Shown here piece by piece: positions 13,211 through 26,300 of a DNA stretch of 64,000 nucleotides. The notes below the pieces were generated by a model. It ran no database searches and had not been told where the DNA came from. It saw only the letters and a list, made by a program, of their open reading frames with translations. A program made the position numbers and the translations under genes. Source of the DNA: Balanoglossus misakiensis (lineage: Eukaryota; Animalia; Hemichordata); assembly GCA_040954595.2 (NCBI GenBank), contig CM082577.2, positions 19,380,303 through 19,444,302 on the forward strand, written 5' to 3'. Position 1 is the first letter of the stretch; each line of letters opens with the position of its first letter.

Positions 13211-14296
13211 CACTCTCCCCGATCCCTATATATGGAAGTGCTCATTAATATTCATATAGGGTCAAAGGTACTGAAACTTCACTGAAGTGACCAATCAGAT
13301 GCGTGCGCATATTAATGAGTAGTCAGATGACCTGAAGTCAACTGCAAGTGCCGCGCGACGTTTTAATGTGTTTGTGCACTGTTTCTTCTCCGTCTTTCTG
13401 ATCTGATTGCTGATATTCAGGAAAGCGGTTTTCATTGTCATCTTATTGTCTTTGATCAAGCCCTCACTGGCAATTTTAGATAAATGTTAGCTGTCAATAA
13501 CAAGCGAAGTTTTCATGCACGGAGCGGCACCCGACCTTCTGTGTCAATACACGTGTAGTAGTCTAGATCAACGTCATTGACATGAAGTAAAACTGTGTAC
13601 GATCGATGTATACAAGATGAACGCATGTAAAACAGAGGAGACACGGAAAACGTACTTCATAAAATTCTCGCCGATATTTTACATTGGTTTATATAGTTCG
13701 TCAATTGGGTTTATTCAGTGTGATGTCGACATCATTGACACTTCATCGATCAGTACCTGGTTTGCATGGCTTAAGGACTATTCCTTCCTTCCAAAAACAT
13801 ATCTGTGCAGTAAGCGCAGATGCTCTGTCCATGCTTCATGGTACGGATTGGCGCACTTGTGTGTATATCGTCCACCCATGTTCCGATGCCCTACGCCTAT
13901 CACCACAATGACTAACAAAATTGACGCCAAAAGTCCCCATTTTGCAGTATCACTACCTGATGTGATTCTGGAGAAATGTCTTTGTGCTTGGCTGGACCCA
14001 TGGCCACGCCGTGATTCACGGTGGCCTCAAACCTCAAAGCAACGGTGAAAATCCAATCGCAATGGTAAACTTGATGCTTCGGGGTCAAAGAATCGATATG
14101 CCAGCGGGCAAGTATTTTAGCCAACAGAATTTCGTTTTACAGAGTGAGAAACATGGGGTATATAAAAAGACAAAGTACTTGTACACTACGAGCGTAATAG
14201 CTGCTTTCTGATTGGCCAAAAACTTGTCTGACCTCGAGGGCGCTTTCATTATTAAATATTAATGAGCACTTCCATATATAGGGATTGGGGAGAGTG
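13211..14296. mobile_element. Non-autonomous TIR element with CAC..GTG ends and 5-bp TSD (Transib/RAG-transposon-like pattern)
   Basis: ~42-bp TIR cactctccccgatccctatatatggaagtgctcattaatatt with one mismatch. TSD ATATT at 13206-13210 and 14297-14301. Confidence 0.8.
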
Positions 14297-14867
14297 ATAT
14301 TATAAAGGCTATTATTACACCGTACTATTGATTGGCTGAGACCGTACCACGTGACATAGAAAAGAACTTGATATTACATGGTTGACAGAGTCTATGGCCC
14401 GTAGGTAGGGGCTACGGGCCGGGGATACGCGCGCGCTGAGAGTATATTGCAGGCTGAGAACAGGTTTTAGGTTCTGCGCATCTTTTCTGCGCATAACAAA
14501 CTGTCGTTCAATGGCTTCCTTCACGATCAGTCAACTCCCGCATATATGGCTTCAAAGCGACACACTGGATTAACAGCTGTTCAACTGGACGATATTTTAC
14601 CGCAAACGGACAGTAAATACTAGTACACCAAAGTCGCAACCAACATCGCGGTTTATCTGAGTTTGAAGTAGTACACTGTACAGCGAGATATTTTAGTTCA
14701 CTGCAACCAGCATCGTACGAAATGGACGCAACCCTCTATGCTGTGTGTGGTCAAATGTTCGGTATAATAAAATTAATAAGACATGTCATGCTCGGGCAAT
14801 ATCATGATCTTTGGCCTGCCCTCATGATATTGCCCTCGCTAACATGTGTTATTATTTAACTATGATA

Positions 14868-15295
14868 TAGCCCGGAAGACCAGGGCGTCGATCTAGAATA
14901 CAACGCCCGGGACAGTCTAGTAATGTCCTGCTGAGCTGAAAGATTGTAGCCCTGGCAACGATCAGGGTCACTTTAATGGATAACGAATGATCTATCAAAT
15001 GTTGACGGGCGCCAGTGGTTGGATGATATAATTAAGATACTAGTAGCTTGGGTATGAATATTCATACACCTTTAAAACCACTCCCACATCCCGTCGCAGG
15101 AATTTCACACATAGGGTGCTTTGACTCCACCTCTATTTCCTTATTTAGAATGCGATGATGTCATTTGGTTTACATTGAGTGACGAATTAGCTTACACGCA
15201 AGATTTACCACCCGTGTCGTTCTGCGCTCAGAATTCTGTGCGTAAATAGAGACTGTCCCCGGGCGTTTCTTTTCGACGCCCTGGTCTCCGGGCTA
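14868..15295. mobile_element. AcademH-like MITE
   Basis: TIR tagcccggaagaccagggcgtcga / tcgacgccctggtctccgggcta. 9-bp TSD ACTATGATA at 14859-14867 and 15296-15304. Confidence 0.8.
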
Positions 15296-15556
15296 ACTAT
15301 GATAGCTCTCATTACTTTAAATACGGTGCTCACAGTCCAAAGGGCCCAGAAGATTTGTAAGTTCCCCGTGGGCCTACAAGCGAAATTGTGCATTTTAACA
15401 GGCCTCAGGAGGATCCTGCTATTTCAAATACATATTTCCGTTTAGACTAAAACGAATGGCAATTATAGGTTTGATAGTCTCGGTTACCCAGACTCTCTTA
15501 CTCTTTCTCTCGTCTCCAGAGGGCGCTGCGCGAGAAAGAGAGTCTGGGATCACTGC

Positions 15557-15726
15557 TGTTATGTTGTGGGTTTACAGAACAACCATCGGATGGACACTGC
15601 TTTAGTGGAACATTAACAACAACTTTAATCGGCCATGTCAGCAACTTACAAAGAACATGGAATCATGGGAGTTACCTGTGACCTCAGGACCGTACCACTG
15701 TAATACAGGTAAGTATCCTCATAACA
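15557..15726 (-). repeat. 3' LTR of Gypsy 1
   Basis: tgttatg...cataaca, with 2 differences from the partner LTR. Confidence 0.95.
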
Positions 15727-15928
15727 TCTCCCTTTTTTATAACAAATGCAATATAGAAACTGAAAATGCTCTCATGCAACAAAGAGTCAATGATTGTCCG
15801 AATGATTGTCCAACATCAATGTCAGAGTCTTTGTTCAGATAATTGCATATATAATCAGAGTCAATTCAAGCAATTTTGGTCAAACTGGTTTCTGTAATGA
15901 TTTGAGCAAATATCAAATGTCAAAAACT

Positions 15929-17390
15929 TCAAACAACAAAATCATCATATTTCCTCGGTGTAGTGGACTTCCTTCCACTCCTCGTCACGGTGGTTTGTCG
16001 TGCTGGCGCTGACATCAGTTTCACTGTTTTTCTGTCTATGGCTTCAGATGTAAACTGGGTGACATCTGTAGGCGATGTGGAATATTTTCCCTCGCTGAAA
16101 CTGCATGGCGGTGAGTATTTCACAGCATCCTGTTGAGGTGGTGGTGAAATGTGTTGTGGCCTAGATGTTTGTGTTTTCTCCTGACTGTGATCTGTTCTGA
16201 TGAATCGGCGATTTCTCCAATACAAACGACCGTTGTCAGTCTCAATCAGGTAAGATCGTGGACCAACCTTAGCAACACAGGATCCCTTCTGCCATGGGTA
16301 TCTGGGCTGTACTGGCTGCATTCTGACCGAATCTCCTATTTCCAGTTCTGGTAAAGGTCTGGCGTTCTTGTCATATGCTGCCTTTGCTCTCTGCTTCTTG
16401 TGTCTAATGGTGTCTGACACATCATCTGTTACGCGTGGTATCAGCAGTAACTGTGCTGTTGGCATGGTGGTTCTGGTGCGTCTAGACATTAATTTCTGGA
16501 CAGGGCTTGCACCATAACTGTCTGGTGTGTTTCTCCATTCAAGGATTGCCATGTGGAGGTCCTTGCCATCACGCTTAGATTTCTTTACAATTTTTTTTGG
16601 CGATCTTCACAGATGACTCCACCTTGCCGTTACTCTGGCTGTAATGAGGCGAGTTGGTGGTGTGTTTCATCGAGTTTCACTTGAAAGAAACCATCTTTCG
16701 CATCCAGGACTGTGAATACCTTTCCTTTCGCAAGCTTGGGTAGTAACTCATCCACAGTCGGTAGCTGATATTTCGGCCGCTTTATCGCTTTATTTAAGTC
16801 TCTGGGGTCCAAACAAACTCTCAATTTGTTGGGTTTCTGCACTGCTACGAGACTGCTTATCCAATCAGTTGGTTCAGTCACCTTTGTGTTGATACCTAAC
16901 TTCTCCATCTCATCTATTTTCTTTTTCAGCTTGTCTTTCAGCGGAATTGGTACTCTGCGTGGTGCATGCTGGGTCGGCGGAACTGCTGTGTCAATCTGAA
17001 TGTGATACTCTCCAGGTAAGCATCCGAGACCATTGAAAACATCATGGTATGTATCCATTATTTTGTCCCATGTGATCGGTTCATACTGCTGATGACCTTG
17101 TAACATGTTCACTGACCTGGGCGTTTGTAGTGATATCCAGCCGTTTCGTATGCATGTGTTGCCATCTATAATTGGCCATGGAGCTTTCTTCAGAATGTCA
17201 AATGTGATGTCACACTTCGGGCCGTTGCCAGTGCTGACTGTCATTGTGTATGTCTCCAATGGAGTGATGACACTGCCGTCATACAGCTTGATTTTCCCCT
17301 TGGGTGGACCTAGGCTGACATTTCCATTCTGTACAATGGTTTGCAGATCTGAATACGACATAGTGCTGCAGGTAGCTCCAGTGTCTAATT
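15929..17390 (-). pseudogene. Gypsy 1 pol remnant (protease, RT N-terminus fused by deletion to integrase C-terminal half)
   Basis: QLDTGAT protease motif at ~17390 and RVCLDPRDLN..LDAKDGFFQ RT motifs. At ~16662 it jumps to TTNSPHYSQSNGKVESSVK..ILEWRNTP (integrase). YxDD and RNase H are missing. Confidence 0.9.
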
Positions 17391-20300
17391 AGGGGACCAA
17401 GTCCCCTTCTGTTATTGCTGGAGTTTTTAGGGCACAAGCCAAGCAGGCTTGTGCCCTATTGGTATTACTGGGGTTTTTCATCTTTAGGGCACAAGCCAAG
17501 CAGGCTTGTGCCCTATAGGTATTACTGGGGTTTTTCATCTTTTTTTTTTTTTTTTCTTGTGTAGTTTTTTTGCTCAGGTAGATCTTGAAAATGGCTGAAC
17601 CTACAAATCTCAAACTTGGCACAGTGGTGCAGGCCTATGGGAGCTGGTGCAGTACCTTTGTGAATGTTTAATAAGTCATGTGACCTGATGACCATATATG
17701 GGCAAAGTTTTCAAATGGGCCTAATTTGCATATGAATGGAGATATCAAAATTCTTTTAGCGATTTTTGCGGTCCATGTGGTCAGTGTCCTACATGCCAAA
17801 TGTCAAGGCCGTGGGCCAAGTCCATTTTGAGAAGAAAACTTTTAAATATTATTAGTTTTCCATATTTTTGGATCCAGCCATGGGCCTATACTTTCTATAG
17901 TTAAGCTATGACGCTATGTCCACGTCTGTGCAATGGTCCTCTACAGTGACTCTCTATTGGCCCGTGAGCAGAATGGGACCACAATAAAAGGCAAAATTTT
18001 GGGCTCACCTGTAACACCTGCTTAATCATTAATTATGTGCATACCTAATTCCAGGCTTACTAATACGGCTAGAGGTTTTGTCCTTATGGGACATGGACCA
18101 GTATGGGATCAAAATTTTTTGCCCAAATTTTGGGTGACCTTGGGTGACCTTTGACCTACTTTCACATATCTCGGCATCCAGAGCAGGTACAGCTTAGGTG
18201 TTTGGGTGGATGGGACCAAAATAAGAAGCCAGATTTAAGGGTCACCTGTGACACCTGCTTAACTCATTAATTATGTGCATACCTTATTCCAGGCTAGCCA
18301 ATAGGGCTAGAGGTTTGATTTTTGTTGAACATGGACCAGTATGGGGTTAAAATTTCTTGCCAAATTTTGGGTGACCTCAGGTGACCTTTGACCTACTTTA
18401 CCATATCTCGGCAACCCACTCAGATACAGCCTTGGCATTTGGAGGCATGGAAATCCTAATGGAGCCTTATACTTTACCTCATTAATTATGTGCATATCTA
18501 ATTCTAGGCGAACCAATAGGGCTAGAGGTCTGGTTTTTGTTGGACCTGGACTAGTATGGGGTCAAAAAATTTTGCCCAACTTTCGGGTGGCCTCAGGTGA
18601 CCTTTGACCTACTTTCCTGTATCTCGGCATCCAGAACAGGTACAGCATTTGTGTTTGGATGGATCGAACTATTAATGGAGTCTTACACTTTACATCATTA
18701 ATTATGCGCATATCTAATTTCAGACAAACCAATAGGGCTAGAGGTCTGGTTTCTGTTGGACCTGGACTAGTATTGGGATCAAAACGTTTGCCCAAATTTT
18801 GGGTGACCACATATGACCTTTGACCTTCGGCTTAAGCTTGTGCCCGTCATAGCTGCTTGCAGCTATATTTAGGGCACAAGCCAAGCAGGCTTGTGCCCTA
18901 TTGGTATTACTGGGTTTTTTCTTCTTTTTTTTTTTCTTGTGTCGTTTTTTTGCCCAACAGGATCTTGAAAACGGCTGAACCTACAAATCTCAAACTTGGC
19001 ACAGTGGTGCAGGCCTATGAGAGCTGGTGCTGTACCCTCGTGAATGTTTAATAAGTCATGTGACCTGATGACCATATATGGGCAAAGTTTTCAAATGGGC
19101 CTAATTTGCTTATGAATGGAGATATCAAAATTCTTTTAGCGATTTTTGCAGACCATGTGGTCAGTGTCCTACATGCCAAATGTCAAGGCCGTGGGCCAAG
19201 TCTATTTTGAGAAGAAGATTTTTTTATTTTTCATATTTTTGGACCCAGCCATAGGCCTATACTTTCTATAGTTAAGCTATCACGCTATGTCCACGTTGGC
19301 TGTGCAATGGTCCTGTACAGTGACTCTCTATTGGCCCGTGAGCAGAATGGGACCACAATAAAAGGCAAAATTTTGGGCTCACCTGTAACACCTGCTTAAC
19401 TCATTAAATATGTGCATACCTAATTCCAGGCTAACTAATAGGGCTAGAGGTTTTGTTCTTGTGGGACATGGACCAGTATGGGATCAAAAATTTTTGCCCA
19501 AATTTTGGGTGACCACATATGACCTTTGACCTTCGGCTTAAGCTTGGGCCCGTCATCGCTGCTTGCAGCTATATTTTTAGGGCACAAGCCAAGCAGGCTT
19601 GTGCCCTATTGGTATTACTGGGGTTTTTCATCTTTTTTTTTTTTTCTTGTGTAGTTTTTTTGCCCAACAGGATCTTGAAAACGGCTGAACCTACAAATCT
19701 CAAACTTGGCACAGTGGTGCAGGCCTATGAGAGCTGGTGCAGTACCCTCGTGAATGTTTAATAAGTCATGTGACCTGATGACCATATATGGCCTAATTTG
19801 CATATGAATGGAGATATCAAAATTCTTTTAGCAATTTTTGCGGACCATGTGGTCAGTGTCCTACATGCCAAATGTCAAGGCCGTGGGCCAAGTCTATTTT
19901 GAGAAGAAGATGTTTTTATTTTTCATATTTTTGGACCCAGGCATAGGCCTATACTTTCTATTGTTAAGCTATGACACTATGTCCACGTCGGCTGTGCAAT
20001 GGTCCTGTACAGTGACTCTCTATTGGCCCATGAGCAGAATAGGACCACAATAAAAGGCAAAATTTTGGGCTCACCTGTAACACCTGCTTAACTCATTAAT
20101 TATGTGCATACCTAATTCAAGGCTAACTAATATGGCTAGATGTTTTGTTCTTGTGGGACATGGACCAGTATGGGATCAAAAAATTTTGCCCAAATTTTGG
20201 GTGACCTAAGGTGACCTTTGACCTACTTTCCTATATCTCGGCATCCACAGCAAGTACAGACTTGGCATTTGGAGGGTTGTGACTAAAATTGAAAAGACAA

Positions 20301-23300
20301 AGTTGGGGGTCACCTGTGACACCTGCTTATCTCATAAATTATGTGCATACCTAATTCCAGGCTAGCCAATAGGGCTAGAGGTTTGATTTTTGTTGAACAT
20401 GGACCAGTATGGGGTTAAAATTTCTTGCCCAATTTTGGGAGACCTCAGGTGACCTTTGACCTACTTTACCATATCTCAGCAACCAGCGCAGATACAGCCT
20501 TGGCATTTGGAGGCATGGAACTCCTAATGGAGCCTTATACTTTACCTCATTAATTATGTGCATATCTAATTCTAGGTGAACAAATAGGGCTAGAGGACTG
20601 GTTTTTGTTGGACCTGGACTAGAATGGGGTCAAAATTTTTTGCTCACATTTTGGGTGACCACATATGACCTTTGACCTTCGGCTTAAGCTTGTGCCCGTC
20701 ATCGCTGCTTGCAGCTATATTTTTTTTTTTTCTTGTGTAGTTTTTTTGCTCAGGTAGATCTTGAAAACGGCTGAACCTACAAATCTCAAACTTGGCACAG
20801 TGGTGCAGGCCTATGAGAGCTGGTGCAGTACCTTTGTGAATGTTTAATAAGTCATGTGACCTGATGACCATATATGGGCAAAGTTTTCAAATGGGCCTAA
20901 TTTGCATATTAATGGAGATATCAAAATTCTTTTGGCGATTTTTGCGGACCATGTGGTCAGTGTCCTACATGCCAAATTTCAAGGCCCTGGGCCAAGTCAA
21001 TTTTGAGAAGAAGATTTTTAAATATTATATTTCATATTTTTTGTACCCAGCCTATACTGTCTTTAGTTAAGGTGTGATGCTATTCCCACATCTGTGCAAT
21101 GGTCCTGTACAGTGACAGTCTATTGGCAGTGAGCAGAATGGGACCAAAATAAAAGGCAGAATTTTGGGCTCACCTGTAACACCTGCTTTACTCATTAATT
21201 ATGTGCATACCTAATTATGGGCTAACTAATAGGGCTAGAGGTTTCGTGCTTGTGGGACATGGACCATTATAGGGTCAAAATTTCAATACCAATAGGGCAA
21301 TACCAATACCAATAGGGCACAAGCCTGCTTGGCTTGTGCCCTAAATATAGCTGCAAGCAGCGATGACGGGCCCAAGCTTAAGCCGAAGGTCAAAGGTCAT
21401 ATGTGGTCACCAAAAAATTGGGTAAAAAGTTTTGACCCCCATACCAGTCCAGGTCTAACAAAAATCAGACCTCTAACCCTATTGGTTCACCTAGAATTAG
21501 ATATGCACATAATTAATGAGGTAAAGTATAAGGCTTCATTAGGAGTTCCATGCCTCCAAATGCTAAGGCTGTATCTGCGCTGGTTGCCGAGATATGGTAA
21601 AGTAGGTCAAAGGTCACCTGAGGTCACCTAAAATTGGGCAAGAAATTTTAACCTCATACTGGTCCATGTTCAACAAAAATCAAACCTCTAGCCCTATTGG
21701 CTAGCCTGGAATTAGGTATGCACATAATTAAGTCTTTTCAATTTTAGTCACAACCCTCCAAACGCCAAGTCTGTAAATGCTGTGGATGCCGAGATATAGG
21801 AAAGTAGGTCAAAGGTCACTTGAGGTCACCCAAAATGTGGGCAGAAATTTTTGACCCTATACTGGGCCATGTCCCACAAGAACGAAACCTCTAGCCCTCT
21901 TAGTTAGCCCAGAATTAGGTATGCACATAATTAATGAGTTAAGCAGGTGTTACAGGTGAGCCTAAAATTTTGCCTTTTATTTTGGTGCCATTATGCTCAC
22001 TGACCAATAGACAGTCACTGTACAGGACTATTGCACAGACCAGAATTCCACAATAAGACGTGGACATAGCTTAACCATAGAGGTATAAGTAAAGGTATAA
22101 ATTTAATAAAAAAATTAATATAAACAAATCTGTCGATTTTTCATATAATTTTTTTTCGCATAAAATTATTGACAAATGCTAGGCTAGCTGCACACCAAAG
22201 TTGGAGATGATCGGCCGAACAGATTTTGAGATATGTATGCATATTTATCGAAAATAATATGTGGTCATAGCTTTACTATGTAAAGTATAGGCCCATGGCT
22301 TGGGCGAAAAATATGAAAAATAATACTTAAAAATCTTCTTCTCAAAATTGACATGGCCTATGGCCTTGAAATTTGGCATGTAGGACACTGACCACATGGT
22401 CCGCGAAAATCGCTAAAAGAATTTAGATATCTCCATTAATATGCAAATTAGGCCCTTTTGAAAAAATGGTGCAGGCCAATGAGAGCTAGTGCAGTACCCT
22501 TGTGAATGTTTAATTAGTCATGTGACCTGATGACCATATATGGGCAAAGTTTTCAAATGGGCCTAATTTGCATATGAATGGAGATATCAAAATTCTTTTA
22601 GTGATTTTTGCAGACCATGTGGTCAGTGTCCTACATGCCAAATGTCAAGGCCGTGGGCCAAGTCTATTTTGAGAAGAAGATTTTTTTATTTTTCATATTT
22701 TTGGACCCAGCCATAGGCCTATACTTTCTATAGTTAAGCTATCACGCTATGTCCACGTTGGCTGTGCAATGGTCCTGTACAGTGACTCTCTATTGGCCCG
22801 TGAGCAGAATGGGACCACAATAAAAGGCAAAATTTTGGGCTCACCTGTAACACCTGCTTAACTCATTAATTATGTGCATACCTAATTCCAGGCTAACTAA
22901 TAGGGCTAGAGGTTTTGTTCTTGTGGGACATGGACCAGTATGGGATCAAAAAATTTTGCCCAAATTTTGGGTGACCTCAGGTGACCTTTGACCTACTTTC
23001 CTATATCTCGGCATCCACAGCAGGTACAGACTTGGCGTTTGGAGGGTTGTGACTAAAATTGAAAAGACAAAATTGAAGGTCACCTGTGACACCTGCTTAT
23101 CTCATTAATTATGTGCATACCTAATTCCAGGCTAACCAATGGGGTTAGAGGTTTGATTTTTGTTGAACATGGACCAGTATAGGGTCCAAATTTCTTGCCC
23201 AAATTTTGCATGACCTCAGGTGACCTTTGACCTAATTTACCATATCTTGGCAACCAGAGCAGGCACAGTCTTGGCGTTTGGAGGGTTGGGACTAAAATTG

Positions 23301-26300
23301 AAAAGCCAAAATTGGGGGTCACCTGTGACACCTGCATATCTCATTAATTATGTGCATACGTAATTCCAGGCTAACCAATAGGGCTAGTGGTTTTGTTCTT
23401 TGGGACATGGATCAGTATGGGGTCAAAAATTTTCCCCAAATTTAGGGTGACCTCAGGTGACATTTGACCTACTTTGCTATATCTCGGCATCCAGAACAGG
23501 TACAGCATTTGTGTTTGGATGGATTGAACTATTAATGGAGTCTTACACTTTACATCATTAATTATGTGCATATCTAATTTCAGACAAACCAATAGGGCTA
23601 GAGGTCAGGTTTCTGTTGGACCTGGACTAGTATGGGGGTCAAAACTGTTTGCCCAAATTTTGGGTGACCACATATGACCTTTGACCTTCAGCTTAAGCTT
23701 GTGCCCGTCATCGCTGCTTGCAGCTATATTTTTTTTTTTTTCTTGTGTAGTTTTTTTGCTCAGGTAGATCTTGAAAACGGCTGAACCTACAAATCTCAAA
23801 CTTGGCACAATGGTGCAGGCCTATGAGAGCTGGTGCAGTATCCCTGTGAATGTTTAATTAGTCATGTGACCTGATGACCATATATGGGCAAAGTTTTCAA
23901 ATGGACCTAATTTGCATATGAATGGAGATATCAAAATTCTTTTAGCGATTTTTGCAGACCATGTGGTCAGTGTCCTACATGCCAAATGTCAAGGCCATGG
24001 GCCAAGTCTATTTTGAGAAGAAGATTTTTTATTTTTCATATTTTTGGACCCAGCCATAGGCCTATATTTTCTATAGTTAAGCTATGACGCTATGTCCACG
24101 CCGGCTGTGCAATGGTCCTGTACAGTGACTCTCTATTGGCCCGTGAGCAGAATGGGACCACAATAAATAGCGATTTTTGCGGACCATGTGCCAAATTCCA
24201 GGCTAGCAAATAGGGCTAGAGGTTTGATTTTTGTTAAACATGGACCAGTATGGGATCAAACATTTTTGCCCAATTTTTGGGTGACCTCAGGTGACCTTTG
24301 ACCTACTTTACCATAACTCGGCAACCAGCGCAGATACAGCTTTGGCATTTGGAGGGTTGTGACTCCTAATGGAGCCTTATACTTTACCTCATTAATTATG
24401 TGCATATCTAATTCTAGGCGAACCAATAGGGCTAGATGTCTGGTTTTTCTTGGCCCTGGACTAGTATGGGGTCAACATTTTTTGCCCAACTTTCAGGTGG
24501 CCTCACATGACCTTTGACCTATTTTCCTATATCTCGGCATCCAGAACAGGTACAGCATTTATGTTTGGATGGATCGAACTATTAATGGAGTCTTACACTT
24601 TACATCAATAATTATGCACATATATAATTTCAGACAAACCGATAGGGCTAGAGGTCTGGTTTTTGTTGGACCTGGACTAGTATGGGGGTCAAAACTTTTT
24701 GCCCAAATGTTGGGTGACCTCAGGTGACCTTTGACCCACTTTCCTATATGTCGGCATCCACAGCAGGTACAGACTTGGCGTTTGGAAGGTTGTTACTAAA
24801 ATTGAAAAGACAAAATTGGGGGTCACCTGTAACACCTGCTTAACTCATTAATTATGTGCATACCTAATTCCAGGCTAACTAATACGGCTAGAGGTTTTGT
24901 TCTTGTGGGACATGGACCAGTATGGGGTTAAAATTTCTTGCCAAATTTTGGGTGACCTCAGGTGACCTTTGACCTACTTTACCATATCTCGGCAACCAGC
25001 GCAGATACAGCCTTGGCATTTGGAGGCATGGAACTCCTAATGAAGCCTAATACTTTACCTCATTAATTATGTGCATATCTAATTCTAGGCGAACCAATAG
25101 GGCTAGAGGTTTTGTTCTTGTGGGACATGGACCAGTATGGGATCACAAATTTTTGTCAAAATTTCGGGTGACCTCAGGTGACCTTTAACCTACTTTCCTA
25201 TATCTCGGCATCCAGAACAGATACAGCATTTGTGTTTGGATGGATCGTACTATTGATAGAGTCTTACACTTTACATCATTAATTATGCGCATATCTAATT
25301 TCAGACAAACCAATAGGGCTAGAGGTCTGGTTTCTGTTGGACCTGGACTAATATGGGGGTCAAAACTTTTTGCCCAATTTTTGGGTGACCACATATGACC
25401 TTTGACCTTCGGCTTAAGCTTGTGCCCGTCATCGCTGCTTGCAGCTATATTTCTTCTTTCTTCTTGAGTCGTTTTTTTGCTCCCGTTTTTCTCAAAATCA
25501 ACGTGGCCTAGGACCTTGAAATTTGGCACGATGTTCGGGGCCCATGAGTACTGGTGCACCTGCCCTTTGAATTTGTAATTAGTCACGTGACTTGGTGGCT
25601 ATAATCGAGCGAAATTTTCAAATTGACCTAATTTGCACGTTGATGGGGGCATGTACATTCTTTTCGCGATTTTTGTAGACCATGTGGCCAAAATACCCTG
25701 TGCCAAATTTCAAGGTCCTAGGCCACGTCGATTTTGAGAAGAAGATTTTTGTAATATTATTCGCATTTTTTGGTGGGCTGAGGACGGACACTGGGGCATC
25801 GGACTTCGACCGTCATTACGTAATGTTGTGGAGATCTCATTAGCAGGCTACTCACTTCTGGCGGGTTGCAGTAGTCCTTGGAAAATCGGCTGAAATATTA
25901 AACTGACCAGTGATTATTTTCCACGGAATGATTTTTGGGACAACACATTATCGGAGTTCAGGCTGTGTTAGGGCGTTTTATTGAATTACGCTGAGTTTGT
26001 TAGCTGTTGCCGTTCAAATGTTTCTATCCAGACCCGGCTACACTGGTTCAATGTAATGCGGCGGCGGACTTTGACCCTCAGTCGCTAATGTGGCCGAAAT
26101 ACATCAGAAGACCAGTGATTTTCTTGCACGTAGGGAGTATGGTACCAGCAATAATCAGAGATCAGGCTTCGTTGCCGTTCAAAAGTTCCTACTTCAGTCG
26201 TGACGTTACAACTGGACGTTCAGTATGGGGGTCGGCCCACAGGTGGCCGTGGGGGTTATCAGGTCGCCCGTAATGGCACGCAGCTTCATGCAGCTGTATG

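Noticed and set aside
13617-14048. 143-aa ORF inside the CAC element as a transposase
   Set aside because: Only a vague Cys-containing stretch (WLKDYSFLPKTYLCSK) and no catalytic motifs.
12162-15500. RAG1 catalytic core or RAG2-like kelch gene downstream of the RAG1-like fragment
   Set aside because: No DDE-core or kelch motifs were recognised. The sequence passes into unrelated repeats, so a complete RAG transposon cannot be claimed.
17620-20802. CACAGTG heptamers in the HINE monomers as RSSs
   Set aside because: No nonamer-like sequence at 12- or 23-bp spacing. The heptamer is part of the repeat consensus.
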